Positions 27,101 to 35,940 of a stretch of DNA of 59,388 bases are shown in pieces; the first letter of the stretch is position 1; every line of letters starts with the position of its first letter. The notes beneath the pieces were generated by a model. It had not been told where the DNA came from, ran no database searches, and saw only the letters and a list, made by a program, of their open reading frames with translations. The translations under genes were made by a program, and so were the position numbers. Source of the DNA: a virus. Lineage: Duplodnaviria > Caudoviricetes. The stretch spans positions 1 to 59,388 of IMG/VR virus record IMGVR_UViG_3300014913_000015. The stretch is one strand, 5' to 3'.

Positions 27101-30100
27101 CAGTCCATCCAGCGTATGCTTCGCAATCAAATTCAGAAAGTGGTTAAGAAAACTGGCGAGAAACCGGTAATAGAAGAGCTTGGTGTAGAGGTTAAACCGT
27201 CAATGGTTAAAGCTGATGTCACTTCTCATTTTGTAGAAAAGGGAGTTCTTAAGAGTCCGGCTGATTTCAAAGAAGCAGTTCTTGATACAGTAATGGCGAA
27301 ACTTGACGCTTTGAAACAGGCTCGTACCGATCTTTCTCAGGAGAAGCGAAAGACGAAGATCATGAATGATAAACATGTACTTGCTGATCCTAAACCCATC
27401 CTCTTGGCGCTCCTTTCCAAGAAAGAGCTTGAAACTCCTCCAGTTGATCTTGAGAAAACCCCAGAAGGAAAGATCCGTATCAGCTACCCCGATGGTACTG
27501 TTCGTGAGCTTACTCCCGATGCTTTTATTGATGAACTGTTAGGGGCGAAACCGAAAGATAAGGAAGTCGAGATTCCAAAGCCTGAAGAGCCGGTTTCAAT
27601 CACCACTCCAAAAGATCGAGACAGGGTAAAAGACCTTGATGAGGTTCAGCTAACTGATCCTTCCAATCCTCCTCTTACTGTGGATGATCTGATTGAACCT
27701 GATCCAGCTAAAAATCGAGTGCCAGAGATTGCAATTGGCGCTGGAGGAGGAGGGTTCTTCCGTGACCATATGCCCCTTCTTGCCAGAATAATTGACGCAA
27801 CTAAGGAAACGAAACGCAAATTGAAATGGCTTTACAATCAGTTAGTTGATCCAGTTTCCCGAATGGGTGTGGCTCAGCAGGCAATTATTGAAGCTTGGCG
27901 AACAGCTCCAGAGATAACCGCTTCAGCTATCATCAAACTGGCAAACAAAGCTTTCTATACTTTGAGTACTGAAGAAAGGATTCTTTTCCGCTTAATGTAT
28001 ACGAACAAAGACCTGAGAGATCATCTGATGAGCCTTGAAGATTTTCCTCTTCCTCGCGAAGTTTGGGGGAAAACCAAAGAGCTCCGAAAATTCATTGAAT
28101 TGGCTAAAAATCTTGTTCTTCATGAAGCCCGCAAGAGGGGAATCCGAATTGCTAAATGGCCTGATAGTGCTATTAGTCGTATTTGCCAGAGAATTGCTGA
28201 GATTGACAGAATGTTACGTGAGGGAAGTGTAAGCGAAGACAAGCTTATAGAATTAGAGTTAGAACGGGATACACTTTACGAGACTATGAAGAAGCTTAAA
28301 TCAGAGGTATATTTTCCTCGGTCTTTAATTCCTACCGAAGAAGGTATTCTGGCAGCGGGGCAAATAAGTGCAATGATGTCTAAGGCAGTTAACGATGCGA
28401 TTTACAATGTCTTATCCAACGCTGAAAAACGTCTTGGTCGGCAAAAGTTGAGAGAAGTACTGGAGAACATTACATCAGTAGTTAGTGCCAAAGAATTCTT
28501 GCAAAATCTTGACAAACTTGGTGTACCGAAAGCTGATGTTGGAGTTCAGGATAAGATAATTCTTACTACTTTGATGGCCCTTGATGATATGCCCCTTCCT
28601 CCAATTGACATTTCTCCTGCATTGCGTAAACTGGGAATCCAAATGGGCAGAAGAGGCTATGCAGTGGTTCCTGTTGAATCAGTACGAGAAAAACTCCGGC
28701 TGGACAAAATCATTCCTCAGCACAAACGAAAATTCAACACGGAAGCTGAGGCAATGCTGTGGGCTCTTGAAAATGGGATGGGGTATGTGCTTGATCCTGT
28801 ATACGACCTTGCTAATTATCTACATTACATGGAAGAGCGTTTCCAGTTTCACGATGCTATTGAAGCAATGAAAAAAGCTTCAATTGAAGACCTTCGTCAA
28901 TCAGAAATACTAGCAAAGCAGATGGATTTGAAAACACCTTCTGCTATCCTTGGTTCTAACACAGTCATTCTCCCGTTGTCAGAAGCAGCTCGTCTAAAAG
29001 CTCAGTATGACATTGATCTTCGCGAACTTGGATGGAGAGAATGGGGTGGGCAGCCTCCAATTCCTAATCTAAAAGGACACTTAGTTCACCCACTCATTGA
29101 AGCTTGGTTAAAAGATGAAATGTACGTACCTTGGTTTTCTCGATATGATACTCCAGCTCCACAATGGTTAAAAAAGACAGTGCGATCAATTGACAAACTC
29201 GTTCGAGTTACCAAGATGATGCGCTTCTACATTCCTATGATAATGATTGTTAACGACCTTGGACAGATGTGGATGCTTGGTGCGGCAGGCCCAGCCTCCC
29301 TCGTCAAAGGAGCAGCCATTGATGTTCCTCTCTTGGCCTTTAGAGCTGCAAGGAAAGCAATCACGGGAAGAGGAAGCATCGTTACTGGGCAAAAGTATTA
29401 CGGTTTTCTGGGGTATCTTGCAAAGGCTATGTATGATGTAGCAGCGGAAACTGATTTGTACTTAGCGGCCAAGAAAGCAGGGCTGTTCATTTCTCCTGTA
29501 AGAGATCGGGAAGATGTTGGAAAACTGGCCGTCCATCTCCTTGAGAGGTCAAAACGGCATCCTCTTATAAAGCCATTAGTCGCTCTACGTCAAACTTATC
29601 GAACTACTGCTCCTCATCTTGGTCTCCCAATTGAGCTCCCCTTCAAGGTATTACACATGATTTATAAAGATGGTTTGCAATGGCTCACTTGGAAAGGGGA
29701 TCAAATTGCACGAATGACTGCACTGAATTGGTACCTCGATAGACGAGCAAAGATGGGAACAGATGGAAAACTATGGGTTGAGCATCCTCTTGAGTTCAAA
29801 AAGGCAGTCAATATGGTTCGCAAGTTTATGGTAAATTACCGGGGGATTCCTCAGCGTACACGAAGAACTCTCAATTTTGCCTTCCTGACTCCTACTTATC
29901 GAATCGAAGTTCTGAAACTTTATAAGGATATAGCCAAAGGTCTTGTAACCGACCCAAAAGAATGGATTGGGCCTGCTGCAAGGATCTTCACTGCAAAATC
30001 AATCGCTTTTACTGTTCGCTGGTGGTTAAGAATAGCTTTCTTGCGTATGCTGGCTCCAATAGTGGGAGCTGCTCTCAGTGGATTTGATGAAGACGACCTT

Positions 30101-30820
30101 GAGCGAATTAAAGAGAAATATCGTGACTGGAAACTCAGTGTTGATGTAAGAAAGAATTGGACGCTACAGGATTGGTATCATCTTGTACGTGAACTTCCTG
30201 GTGGTCTTGCTGAAGTTGTGGTTCTCCCCAGTCCTCTTTTTGAAATAGACAAATGGCTAGGACGTGATCCACGATACAGTCTCCGAATGTATAGCTCTGG
30301 TCCTATCCACCTAGCATGGTCACTTTTACTTAATCGTGACTGGAAAGGGGACGAAATAGTACCGCCTGCAGTGGGGCCAATTGAAGCGGCAAGTAGAGTA
30401 ACCGCTTACATTATCAGGCAGGGGTTCATTCCTTGGCTTGAGATGATCTTGCTTTCCGATCGTGATAACTGGAAATGGTGGAACTGGTTGCTTGCATCAA
30501 TGGCAATTGTGCACTACAAGGGTAAGAGCCAGAAATGGCGTTTGATCGCTGCTTACAGACGAGCTGAATGGGAGCTCATGCGCTATAGAGCCAAAGCAAT
30601 GCAGTCAGGCGATCCGAAGGATCTCCAGAGGTATTTAAAGATGAAACAGAGATTGATAAAATTAAAACAGAATACAGTCAAAGCTCTTTTGAGACAGGAG
30701 TCACCACGGTTGATTGACCAATTAATCAACTCATACGGAAAGATCTTTGGAGTGGGTAAGGAGACTTACGAGACATGGCTGTACTGGGATATAAACAACT
30801 TTTTGCGGGGTGAGTATTAA
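24149..30820 (+). CDS. giant internal virion (ejectosome/polyvalent) protein with an embedded GGDEF domain
   Basis: 2223 aa; last and largest of the ejection cluster; contains DIANFKAAINDVFGHPFGD...RVGGDEF (about aa 909-960). Confidence 0.75.
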   Translation: MGRKLSLFDLLDEEEKDTLTTPEKIAPLASETEIFSLIPRWETKKELSLPKSPSGTISLFDLAEEEPKPEKKEETKKPSAPISLFDLMEKEIEIPKEPFYKRLLRPLEGFYKAIETAAPRSREDIEKIKEGLKIGVKQTIFHTWPEWLTGLRKIAPFAHPVLLGETIAAKIAGKEELLRPTEKVEKELVRKIEKLGPTEEEIEKLKKDPTIRAWARVGGFAADIPRIMGLGYALGPLLGPLAEGASGATIFLARPLLRRVATNPKMLRLAERFLIKLPQRMVTDTAIFSALSAPHPEEMLEAAKTGVTFGLLAGPAGRKLQPITTGLAAYISAKREGASDEDAAWEALMFTGFNKFLPHSEWTEENILKIGGIKSKKQRAYIRDELLKERLGIGKADPEAKKAAANAYMRWLEHYSLPLEKIAGRALSPEETTKVVASLEKFFTEEAKKIKLDPLDEVVGLLEAKADLKVAPALRELERQVTRQKPEDEGLYSTIADLHIKSVLSAAREWKEQIDQLARKTELDKKAAKLLPKATAKLIVEKIHGLLPVTQAKADMSLAERADRLGDLVRITLRKKKSTVASALKALAERAREVHPDDKKKLLDLEKEYENLEKKVFELEQKLIAETPDEQKPAVARQLYTQLSNFIRGEEIQPLSIRKIEEIPEPIPKEEVPPKGVEEIPPEPRVEGTHEGVIPTPQTILVEATKLIDRVSKEAPKKPEIDVDSILFNVKPQKGKHFIFLEDTGEFVEVPKPSSIRVPTEHLNIEPEALDLFTYYSGRFEGWPIILGKTGRVIDVVPDRATAFQRAAEIFANPERVAEILAQAATDIRNGQISPRWRPEEIETERRFSDIIAKHIRNEAEAIKARIEEDPMAAYLGAYGIAGAAAIEPISKAAVEANKFSGIGAIALDIANFKAAINDVFGHPFGDKIIQKIVDTLRSFEKEHHVRFSRIPIRVGGDEFIVFLSARNAKEVENLASSIKKKVTQSIQRMLRNQIQKVVKKTGEKPVIEELGVEVKPSMVKADVTSHFVEKGVLKSPADFKEAVLDTVMAKLDALKQARTDLSQEKRKTKIMNDKHVLADPKPILLALLSKKELETPPVDLEKTPEGKIRISYPDGTVRELTPDAFIDELLGAKPKDKEVEIPKPEEPVSITTPKDRDRVKDLDEVQLTDPSNPPLTVDDLIEPDPAKNRVPEIAIGAGGGGFFRDHMPLLARIIDATKETKRKLKWLYNQLVDPVSRMGVAQQAIIEAWRTAPEITASAIIKLANKAFYTLSTEERILFRLMYTNKDLRDHLMSLEDFPLPREVWGKTKELRKFIELAKNLVLHEARKRGIRIAKWPDSAISRICQRIAEIDRMLREGSVSEDKLIELELERDTLYETMKKLKSEVYFPRSLIPTEEGILAAGQISAMMSKAVNDAIYNVLSNAEKRLGRQKLREVLENITSVVSAKEFLQNLDKLGVPKADVGVQDKIILTTLMALDDMPLPPIDISPALRKLGIQMGRRGYAVVPVESVREKLRLDKIIPQHKRKFNTEAEAMLWALENGMGYVLDPVYDLANYLHYMEERFQFHDAIEAMKKASIEDLRQSEILAKQMDLKTPSAILGSNTVILPLSEAARLKAQYDIDLRELGWREWGGQPPIPNLKGHLVHPLIEAWLKDEMYVPWFSRYDTPAPQWLKKTVRSIDKLVRVTKMMRFYIPMIMIVNDLGQMWMLGAAGPASLVKGAAIDVPLLAFRAARKAITGRGSIVTGQKYYGFLGYLAKAMYDVAAETDLYLAAKKAGLFISPVRDREDVGKLAVHLLERSKRHPLIKPLVALRQTYRTTAPHLGLPIELPFKVLHMIYKDGLQWLTWKGDQIARMTALNWYLDRRAKMGTDGKLWVEHPLEFKKAVNMVRKFMVNYRGIPQRTRRTLNFAFLTPTYRIEVLKLYKDIAKGLVTDPKEWIGPAARIFTAKSIAFTVRWWLRIAFLRMLAPIVGAALSGFDEDDLERIKEKYRDWKLSVDVRKNWTLQDWYHLVRELPGGLAEVVVLPSPLFEIDKWLGRDPRYSLRMYSSGPIHLAWSLLLNRDWKGDEIVPPAVGPIEAASRVTAYIIRQGFIPWLEMILLSDRDNWKWWNWLLASMAIVHYKGKSQKWRLIAAYRRAEWELMRYRAKAMQSGDPKDLQRYLKMKQRLIKLKQNTVKALLRQESPRLIDQLINSYGKIFGVGKETYETWLYWDINNFLRGEY

Positions 30821-31602
30821 TGTCATACGTTAAATCACTCGTCGCAGGGTTAATCTTCTTTACCTTCATTATCGCTTGGTGGCCACACTATGAACCAATC
30901 TACCGTTATACCAATGAAATAAGTGATGCCACTGTTGATATCTATCTTGCTTTCAGTGGCCATGCAGGTGGAGCAGAGGATGGATGGCCTATCAGTTCAG
31001 TCACTTATGGGCAAGGAATAGCAATCGCGCCTACCTATGTCTTGACTGCTAAACACGTTGTGACCCCTCCTGATAAAATGTTCCTACTTGGAGTGCCTAT
31101 CCCAATAACTTCTGAGAAGAAGGAAATTTTCGTCTTGTCGCGTATTGCAGATAAACATGGCTATTATCAATGGATCTCAGCTTCCGTAGTATGGACTGCC
31201 GAGAAGGATGATCTAGCTATCATTCATTTGGAAAAACCTGTTGCTCATTACTGGAAAGGAATAAGCGAAATTGACGTATATGACAAAATCTATTTTGTTA
31301 CCAGTTGGGGAACCCATAGAGGATATCTTGCAGATGGAAAAGTTATTGGAAGAGGTTTCTGCCCGTTCAAAGCGGAACGGGACATGGGTGCTTTTCCTAT
31401 TATCAAAGATGACAAAGAATTTTGTAAAGATAACCTTCTGGTTATGGATATGATCGCGATGCCGGGTGAATCAGGATCAGCAGTACTCAATCGTCATGGG
31501 CAGATTGTAGCTATTGTTTCTATCCGTTGGAAATATGTAGTGTGTGTTCCAGTTATAGAATATAAAGAGATTATTGAGAACTATGCAGCTTACACGGAGT
31601 AG
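30820..31602 (+). CDS. trypsin-like (S1) serine protease with N-terminal membrane anchor
   Basis: catalytic triad motifs LTAKHV, DDLA, PGESGS. Confidence 0.8.
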   Translation: MSYVKSLVAGLIFFTFIIAWWPHYEPIYRYTNEISDATVDIYLAFSGHAGGAEDGWPISSVTYGQGIAIAPTYVLTAKHVVTPPDKMFLLGVPIPITSEKKEIFVLSRIADKHGYYQWISASVVWTAEKDDLAIIHLEKPVAHYWKGISEIDVYDKIYFVTSWGTHRGYLADGKVIGRGFCPFKAERDMGAFPIIKDDKEFCKDNLLVMDMIAMPGESGSAVLNRHGQIVAIVSIRWKYVVCVPVIEYKEIIENYAAYTE

Positions 31603-31978
31603 AGTAGACTGGAATCAGATAAGACATTTTCGACAAGATGAATGGGGAAGATGGGAGTTTGTCGATCCCCGTCTTATCTATATGATGGATCAATTACGAG
31701 AAGAGATCGGTGCTCCGATTATCATTCATGAAGCTTATGCTACTTCAGGGCATGCGAAGAACTCATATCATTACATTGGAAAAGCAGTTGATTTCCATAT
31801 CAAGACTAAAAAATCATTCCGTACTCAACTAGCAGTAATTATGAGAATTGGATTCACAGGAATTGGATTTTATCCTTGGTGGGAACATCCTGGATGGCAT
31901 GTTGATATTCGCCCTGCATTTAAAACTCAGCTTTGGGTTTCTCCAGAAAAAGGAGTCTACAAATACCTCATGCCTTAG
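31583..31978 (+). CDS. endolysin, peptidase M15 family
   Basis: SYHYIGKAVDF and WHVDIR zinc-ligand motifs; ATG at 31583. Confidence 0.8.
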   Translation: MQLTRSRVDWNQIRHFRQDEWGRWEFVDPRLIYMMDQLREEIGAPIIIHEAYATSGHAKNSYHYIGKAVDFHIKTKKSFRTQLAVIMRIGFTGIGFYPWWEHPGWHVDIRPAFKTQLWVSPEKGVYKYLMP

Positions 31979-31986
31979 GAGGAAAG

Positions 31987-32085
31987 ATGGGGAGCGTCCT
32001 TAAGTGGAGACGTCGAAAGATGAGGAGAATGAAGTATCGGAAACGAAGAAAGAGAATGCGGTTTAAAACGAAGAGGAATAGATAA
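31987..32085 (+). CDS. ribosomal protein bS22/mS38 (AURKAIP1/COX24, DUF1713)-like peptide (32 aa, not in ORF track)
   Basis: MGSVLKWRRRKMRRMKYRKRRKRMRFKTKRNR with AGGAGG RBS at 31977; resembles the bS22 pattern MGSVIKKRRKRM.K.K.RK. Confidence 0.7.
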   Translation: MGSVLKWRRRKMRRMKYRKRRKRMRFKTKRNR

Positions 32086-32095
32086 ATGATCTTGA

Positions 32096-32272
32096 ATGAC
32101 ACAAAAAATTCCTGAGCAGGAGTTGAAGCGACGGTTGAAATCCTACATTAAGGCGTGGTTATGGAGTGATGTCCTTCGGTATCCAATTGAATTAGATGAA
32201 AGGGATCTTGATAGTTTAGTAAATCTGCTTTTACAAGAGATTAAAGAATACCTTCTTACATCTTTTCCTTAG
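32096..32272 (+). CDS. hypothetical 58-aa protein (not in ORF track)
   Basis: MTQKIPEQELKRRLKSYIKAWLW...; last gene of the + arm. Confidence 0.45.
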   Translation: MTQKIPEQELKRRLKSYIKAWLWSDVLRYPIELDERDLDSLVNLLLQEIKEYLLTSFP

Positions 32273-32432
32273 TAACCTTTTCTTTATCAAACCACCGATC
32301 GACTTCCTCAATAATCCTTCTATTTTCCTCAAACCATCGGTAAATATGACGAAGCATCGTTCGTTCCGTTAGCCAGTTTCCAAGCTTAAAACCAATGCCA
32401 AATGAGAGAAGAATTAATATAGCACAGATCAT
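32256..32432 (-). CDS. small membrane-anchored protein (58 aa, not in ORF track)
   Basis: MICAILILLSFGIGFKLG...; GAGGGG RBS; last gene of the - arm. Confidence 0.5.
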   Translation of the reverse strand: MICAILILLSFGIGFKLGNWLTERTMLRHIYRWFEENRRIIEEVDRWFDKEKVTKEKM

Positions 32433-32436
32433 TATC

Positions 32437-34203
32437 TTATCCCCTCATAACTACAACATTTGAAAACTGACTCTGCAATTCTGGTCTGTGCGACACAACG
32501 AAAACTGTCTCAATTTCTCTTTCCATCTGCTGAAGAATCTCAAACACTTTCTCCTGCCCTTCAACATCTAACGCCCGATCAAACAGCTCATCAAGAAAAA
32601 GAAAATTGGTACTCATTAGATGAAAAGATCTTGCCATACGATTCAGGCCAAACGCCAAAGCACATTCAATCCTGTGTTTTTCTCCACTGGAACAGTCCTC
32701 ATATCGTTTCTTGATTCCAGTACGGTAAACTTTTATTTCAATTTCCTCTTTATTATTCACCTCAATCTCCAAGTCAAGTTTGGAGCTGGAAAGCACGTAA
32801 AGAATCTTTTGTGTTTCTTCTTCCAGCTTCTGAAGAACTTGACGAATGTATTCAAATCTGATTCCTTTCTTTCCGAACATTTCCTTTATGATCTCGTATA
32901 GCTCGATTTTGTGATTCAGCTCATTTTGCTTTTCTATTAACTTGTCAATCTCTTTCCGATTTTTCTTCAAATCTTTGTATCTCTTTTTCAGGAGATTATC
33001 ATAGGTGGAAATATCTTTTTCAATGGAATCAATCTTATTCTGGACAAAAGACAGTTTATCGCGAAGGTTACTCAGTTCGTTTTCATATTGAATGCGAGCC
33101 TTCTCCTGTGAGAGTTTTTCAGTAGCTAGGTATTCGATTCTCTTCTGAAGTTCATTAATCCTATTTTCAATCTCCTCTTTTTCTTCCTCTGCCGTCTTTA
33201 TTTGACGGGAAACAACACTCATTTTCCTCTTATGATCCTGCATTAAACGGTGAACAAGATTCTTACTGATTGGACGCTCACAGACAGGGCAAGGTTTACC
33301 AATATAATCTTTAGCCTCGATCTGTTGGAGATCATGGTATTGCTGGCGGAGAGAATGCAGTTTTCCGTTAATCTGAGTAAGCTTTGAAGACAGTTCGTTT
33401 CTTTCCTCCTTTAACTTTCGTTCTTCTGCTTCGTAATCTACCGCTTTTCCTTTTTGAAATCTTTCAAGCTCTTTCTGAACCTGCTTTATACGATAAATCA
33501 ACCTTCGTTTCTCAAGCACCAATTGATGTTTCTCCTCTTCCGCTTCCTCCTTCTTCTTTGCTTTGTTCCGTTCGAGATAATCAATATCTGCCTTAATTCC
33601 TTCAAGATTTCGTTCTATGACACTTATCTCTTTCTCAAGAGAAGCAAGTTCTACCTGATATTGTTTCAAACGTGAACGGGTATATTCATAGGCCATATCA
33701 AAATGATGAAGATCGAGAATCCCACCAAGGATTGCCAAACGTTGGGCTGGAGTTGCAGCAGCAAAGGTACGGATACGTTCAGGAATGAAAGAGGAAATCA
33801 ACAAAAACTGGTTGAAATCCGCCCTTACAAGCTTTTCGAGTTGAAGTTGAATCTCAGAAGGAGATCCCTTGAAATTTTCTCCATCATAAACTACTACAAG
33901 GTCATTTCCTGCTACAGAGTGCTTTCTGAATCGTGAAACTTTAAGTGGTTTCCCATTGAGATAACCATCAATAATGACCTGACAATCCTTTTTTACAATA
34001 TCATTCACCACATCATCCACACGTGACTGACGAGCAGTACGGTTGAAAAGACACCAAAGGATTGCCTCGTAGATAGAACTCTTCCCACTTCCATTGGGAC
34101 CGCTAATCAAGACAAGACCTCGATTTTGAAAGGAAATCTCGAACTCTCTCAAACAGAAAAAGTTGCGAATCGTCAGCTTGCTGATTTCGAGCATTCTTGC
34201 CAT
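32437..34203 (-). CDS. sbcC: Rad50/SbcC-like ATPase
   Basis: Walker A GPNGSGKS, coiled coil with CPVC zinc hook, SSGE signature, FLDE Walker B. Confidence 0.9.
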   Translation of the reverse strand: MARMLEISKLTIRNFFCLREFEISFQNRGLVLISGPNGSGKSSIYEAILWCLFNRTARQSRVDDVVNDIVKKDCQVIIDGYLNGKPLKVSRFRKHSVAGNDLVVVYDGENFKGSPSEIQLQLEKLVRADFNQFLLISSFIPERIRTFAAATPAQRLAILGGILDLHHFDMAYEYTRSRLKQYQVELASLEKEISVIERNLEGIKADIDYLERNKAKKKEEAEEEKHQLVLEKRRLIYRIKQVQKELERFQKGKAVDYEAEERKLKEERNELSSKLTQINGKLHSLRQQYHDLQQIEAKDYIGKPCPVCERPISKNLVHRLMQDHKRKMSVVSRQIKTAEEEKEEIENRINELQKRIEYLATEKLSQEKARIQYENELSNLRDKLSFVQNKIDSIEKDISTYDNLLKKRYKDLKKNRKEIDKLIEKQNELNHKIELYEIIKEMFGKKGIRFEYIRQVLQKLEEETQKILYVLSSSKLDLEIEVNNKEEIEIKVYRTGIKKRYEDCSSGEKHRIECALAFGLNRMARSFHLMSTNFLFLDELFDRALDVEGQEKVFEILQQMEREIETVFVVSHRPELQSQFSNVVVMRG

Positions 34204-35159
34204 ACCTCCCTCGCTATTTTCCTCAGTTCATCCTTATCCGACTGCTCCAGCTCCTGTGCTTCAATCCACTTATCCATTGCTTCTTCCACAGTAAGAGGAG
34301 GTTTTTCTTCTTCCTGTCTCCTTACTCGTTCCTCTTGGAGGAACTCGATAAAGATCCTTTCATTGCCCTCCAGCGGAGAAGCATCAAAAGTATGAGGTAC
34401 CCGTAGAAGAATGTAGTCATGACTGGGATTCTCCTGATACGCCTTCAAGAATTTCTTAAATTCCGATTTTTTGGTAAATTCATAAACTCTAAACTGAGGT
34501 ACAAAAGACGAAACACTAATATCCAATATTTTTCCATCTTCCCAAAGAATCACTCTTTTCTCTTCTCGACTTTCAGAAAAATCCTGCTGGAGTGGAGAAC
34601 CTACACATACGATATCGCCAACCTTCTGAGGAAGATGAATATGGCCATTGAAAATAAATTCTATAGGAGGCACGTTCGATATCCCTTCTTCCATTACCCT
34701 TCCTGTACTCAGCCGTGCACCAATAATGTCGGCATGTAGGAATAGGATATCAACATCTGAGAATGAAGGGATAACTTCCTCCGCCCCATGAGGAATAAAT
34801 CCTGCCTGAACGTACTGAAGAGAAACAATTGTCGGTGAAGAGATAATATTTACGTTTCCACTTTGGAGAAAATCTAGATAACATTCATTCCGAAACTTAT
34901 CATGATTTCCTACAAGGATATAAATCTCTGTGTATTGGGCTAAGTCAGTAAACAGTTTCACACCAAAATTTATCACATCTTTCCTGATAAAAGGAGATAA
35001 TGTATGGAAAACATCGCCAAGATGAATCATGAAATCTGGTTTCTCTTCCTTGAGAAAATCTAAAAAAAAGTCCCGTAGTAACTCAAAATCTCTGAGTCGT
35101 CCTTCTCGACCTCGATAGGTTTCCTTTATATGCCAATCTCCTGTTATAAGTAACTTCAT
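34173..35159 (-). CDS. sbcD: Mre11/SbcD-like nuclease
   Basis: GDWH, LGDVF, GNHD, GHIH, GSP motifs; adjacent to SbcC. Confidence 0.9.
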   Translation of the reverse strand: MKLLITGDWHIKETYRGREGRLRDFELLRDFFLDFLKEEKPDFMIHLGDVFHTLSPFIRKDVINFGVKLFTDLAQYTEIYILVGNHDKFRNECYLDFLQSGNVNIISSPTIVSLQYVQAGFIPHGAEEVIPSFSDVDILFLHADIIGARLSTGRVMEEGISNVPPIEFIFNGHIHLPQKVGDIVCVGSPLQQDFSESREEKRVILWEDGKILDISVSSFVPQFRVYEFTKKSEFKKFLKAYQENPSHDYILLRVPHTFDASPLEGNERIFIEFLQEERVRRQEEEKPPLTVEEAMDKWIEAQELEQSDKDELRKIAREVWQECSKSAS

Positions 35160-35199
35160 TTGGCTACTCCAATCCTTTTATTTAAGAACAGAGACTCCG

Positions 35200-35397
35200 T
35201 CAGAGATTTAAGATTATTGCCAAAATTCCTGTAATCTTCCACGCCACCACTAAGCAGCTTATCAAGTAAAACAAGTACAACATAGCGACGACAATATAAA
35301 CTGCCAGAGGTTGAGAATCAAGATCAACTTTACACCTGAGACCACTCAATACCAACAGAATTGAAAAAATTACATAGAATAAACAAATTTTAAACAT
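35200..35397 (-). CDS. small membrane protein
   Basis: two hydrophobic helices; GGAG RBS. Confidence 0.5.
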   Translation of the reverse strand: MFKICLFYVIFSILLVLSGLRCKVDLDSQPLAVYIVVAMLYLFYLISCLVVAWKITGILAIILNL

Positions 35398-35421
35398 AAT
35401 CCTCTCTCCTCCCTTCTTTAC

Positions 35422-35643
35422 TTAACAAGTTGGAGGAATCCAATCAGGTGTCTTTTTTGGTATCCAGTACTTCCAATCTTCTTTAAGGAAACAGCGCCGC
35501 AATTCATATAAATACCTCCGAATAGCCGATTCCTTTGACTTGCCATATCCATAGAGCCCCCGAATTTTAGGTGAATGGACGATATACTCATCTTCGCTCC
35601 AGTCATACTCAATATAAATAGGAATCTCTCCTCTCTTGATCAA
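35422..35643 (-). CDS. HicB-like (N-terminal domain only) protein
   Basis: YIVHSPKIRGLYGYGKSKESAI matches the HicB pattern Y...P.L.G....G.T.EEA. Confidence 0.6.
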   Translation of the reverse strand: MIKRGEIPIYIEYDWSEDEYIVHSPKIRGLYGYGKSKESAIRRYLYELRRCFLKEDWKYWIPKKTPDWIPPTC

Positions 35644-35649
35644 ATAGCA

Positions 35650-35940
35650 TCAGCCCCCTCCAATACCAACCGGATTGGGAATGCAAAACAACATTCCTAC
35701 AGATATCAGTACCGCCAATATACCAATGAATCCAGTTATCATTAGAAAGCGACCGAAAAAGGTATCTTCCCCATGCTTGTCAGTATACTTAACGGAATAA
35801 TCAAACAAATATCCACCGCCAAAAAATACGATAAGAATAACCCACCAAGGGAGACGGCGAAGGAAAACAGTATAAACTACTGTCAACACGCCTATTGTCG
35901 GGCCTACTACAAAAGGGATTAAATACAAAAGCGTTCTCAT
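35650..35940 (-). CDS. membrane protein (3 TM)
   Basis: hydrophobic segments; ATGA coupling with the upstream gene. Confidence 0.55.
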   Translation of the reverse strand: MRTLLYLIPFVVGPTIGVLTVVYTVFLRRLPWWVILIVFFGGGYLFDYSVKYTDKHGEDTFFGRFLMITGFIGILAVLISVGMLFCIPNPVGIGGG

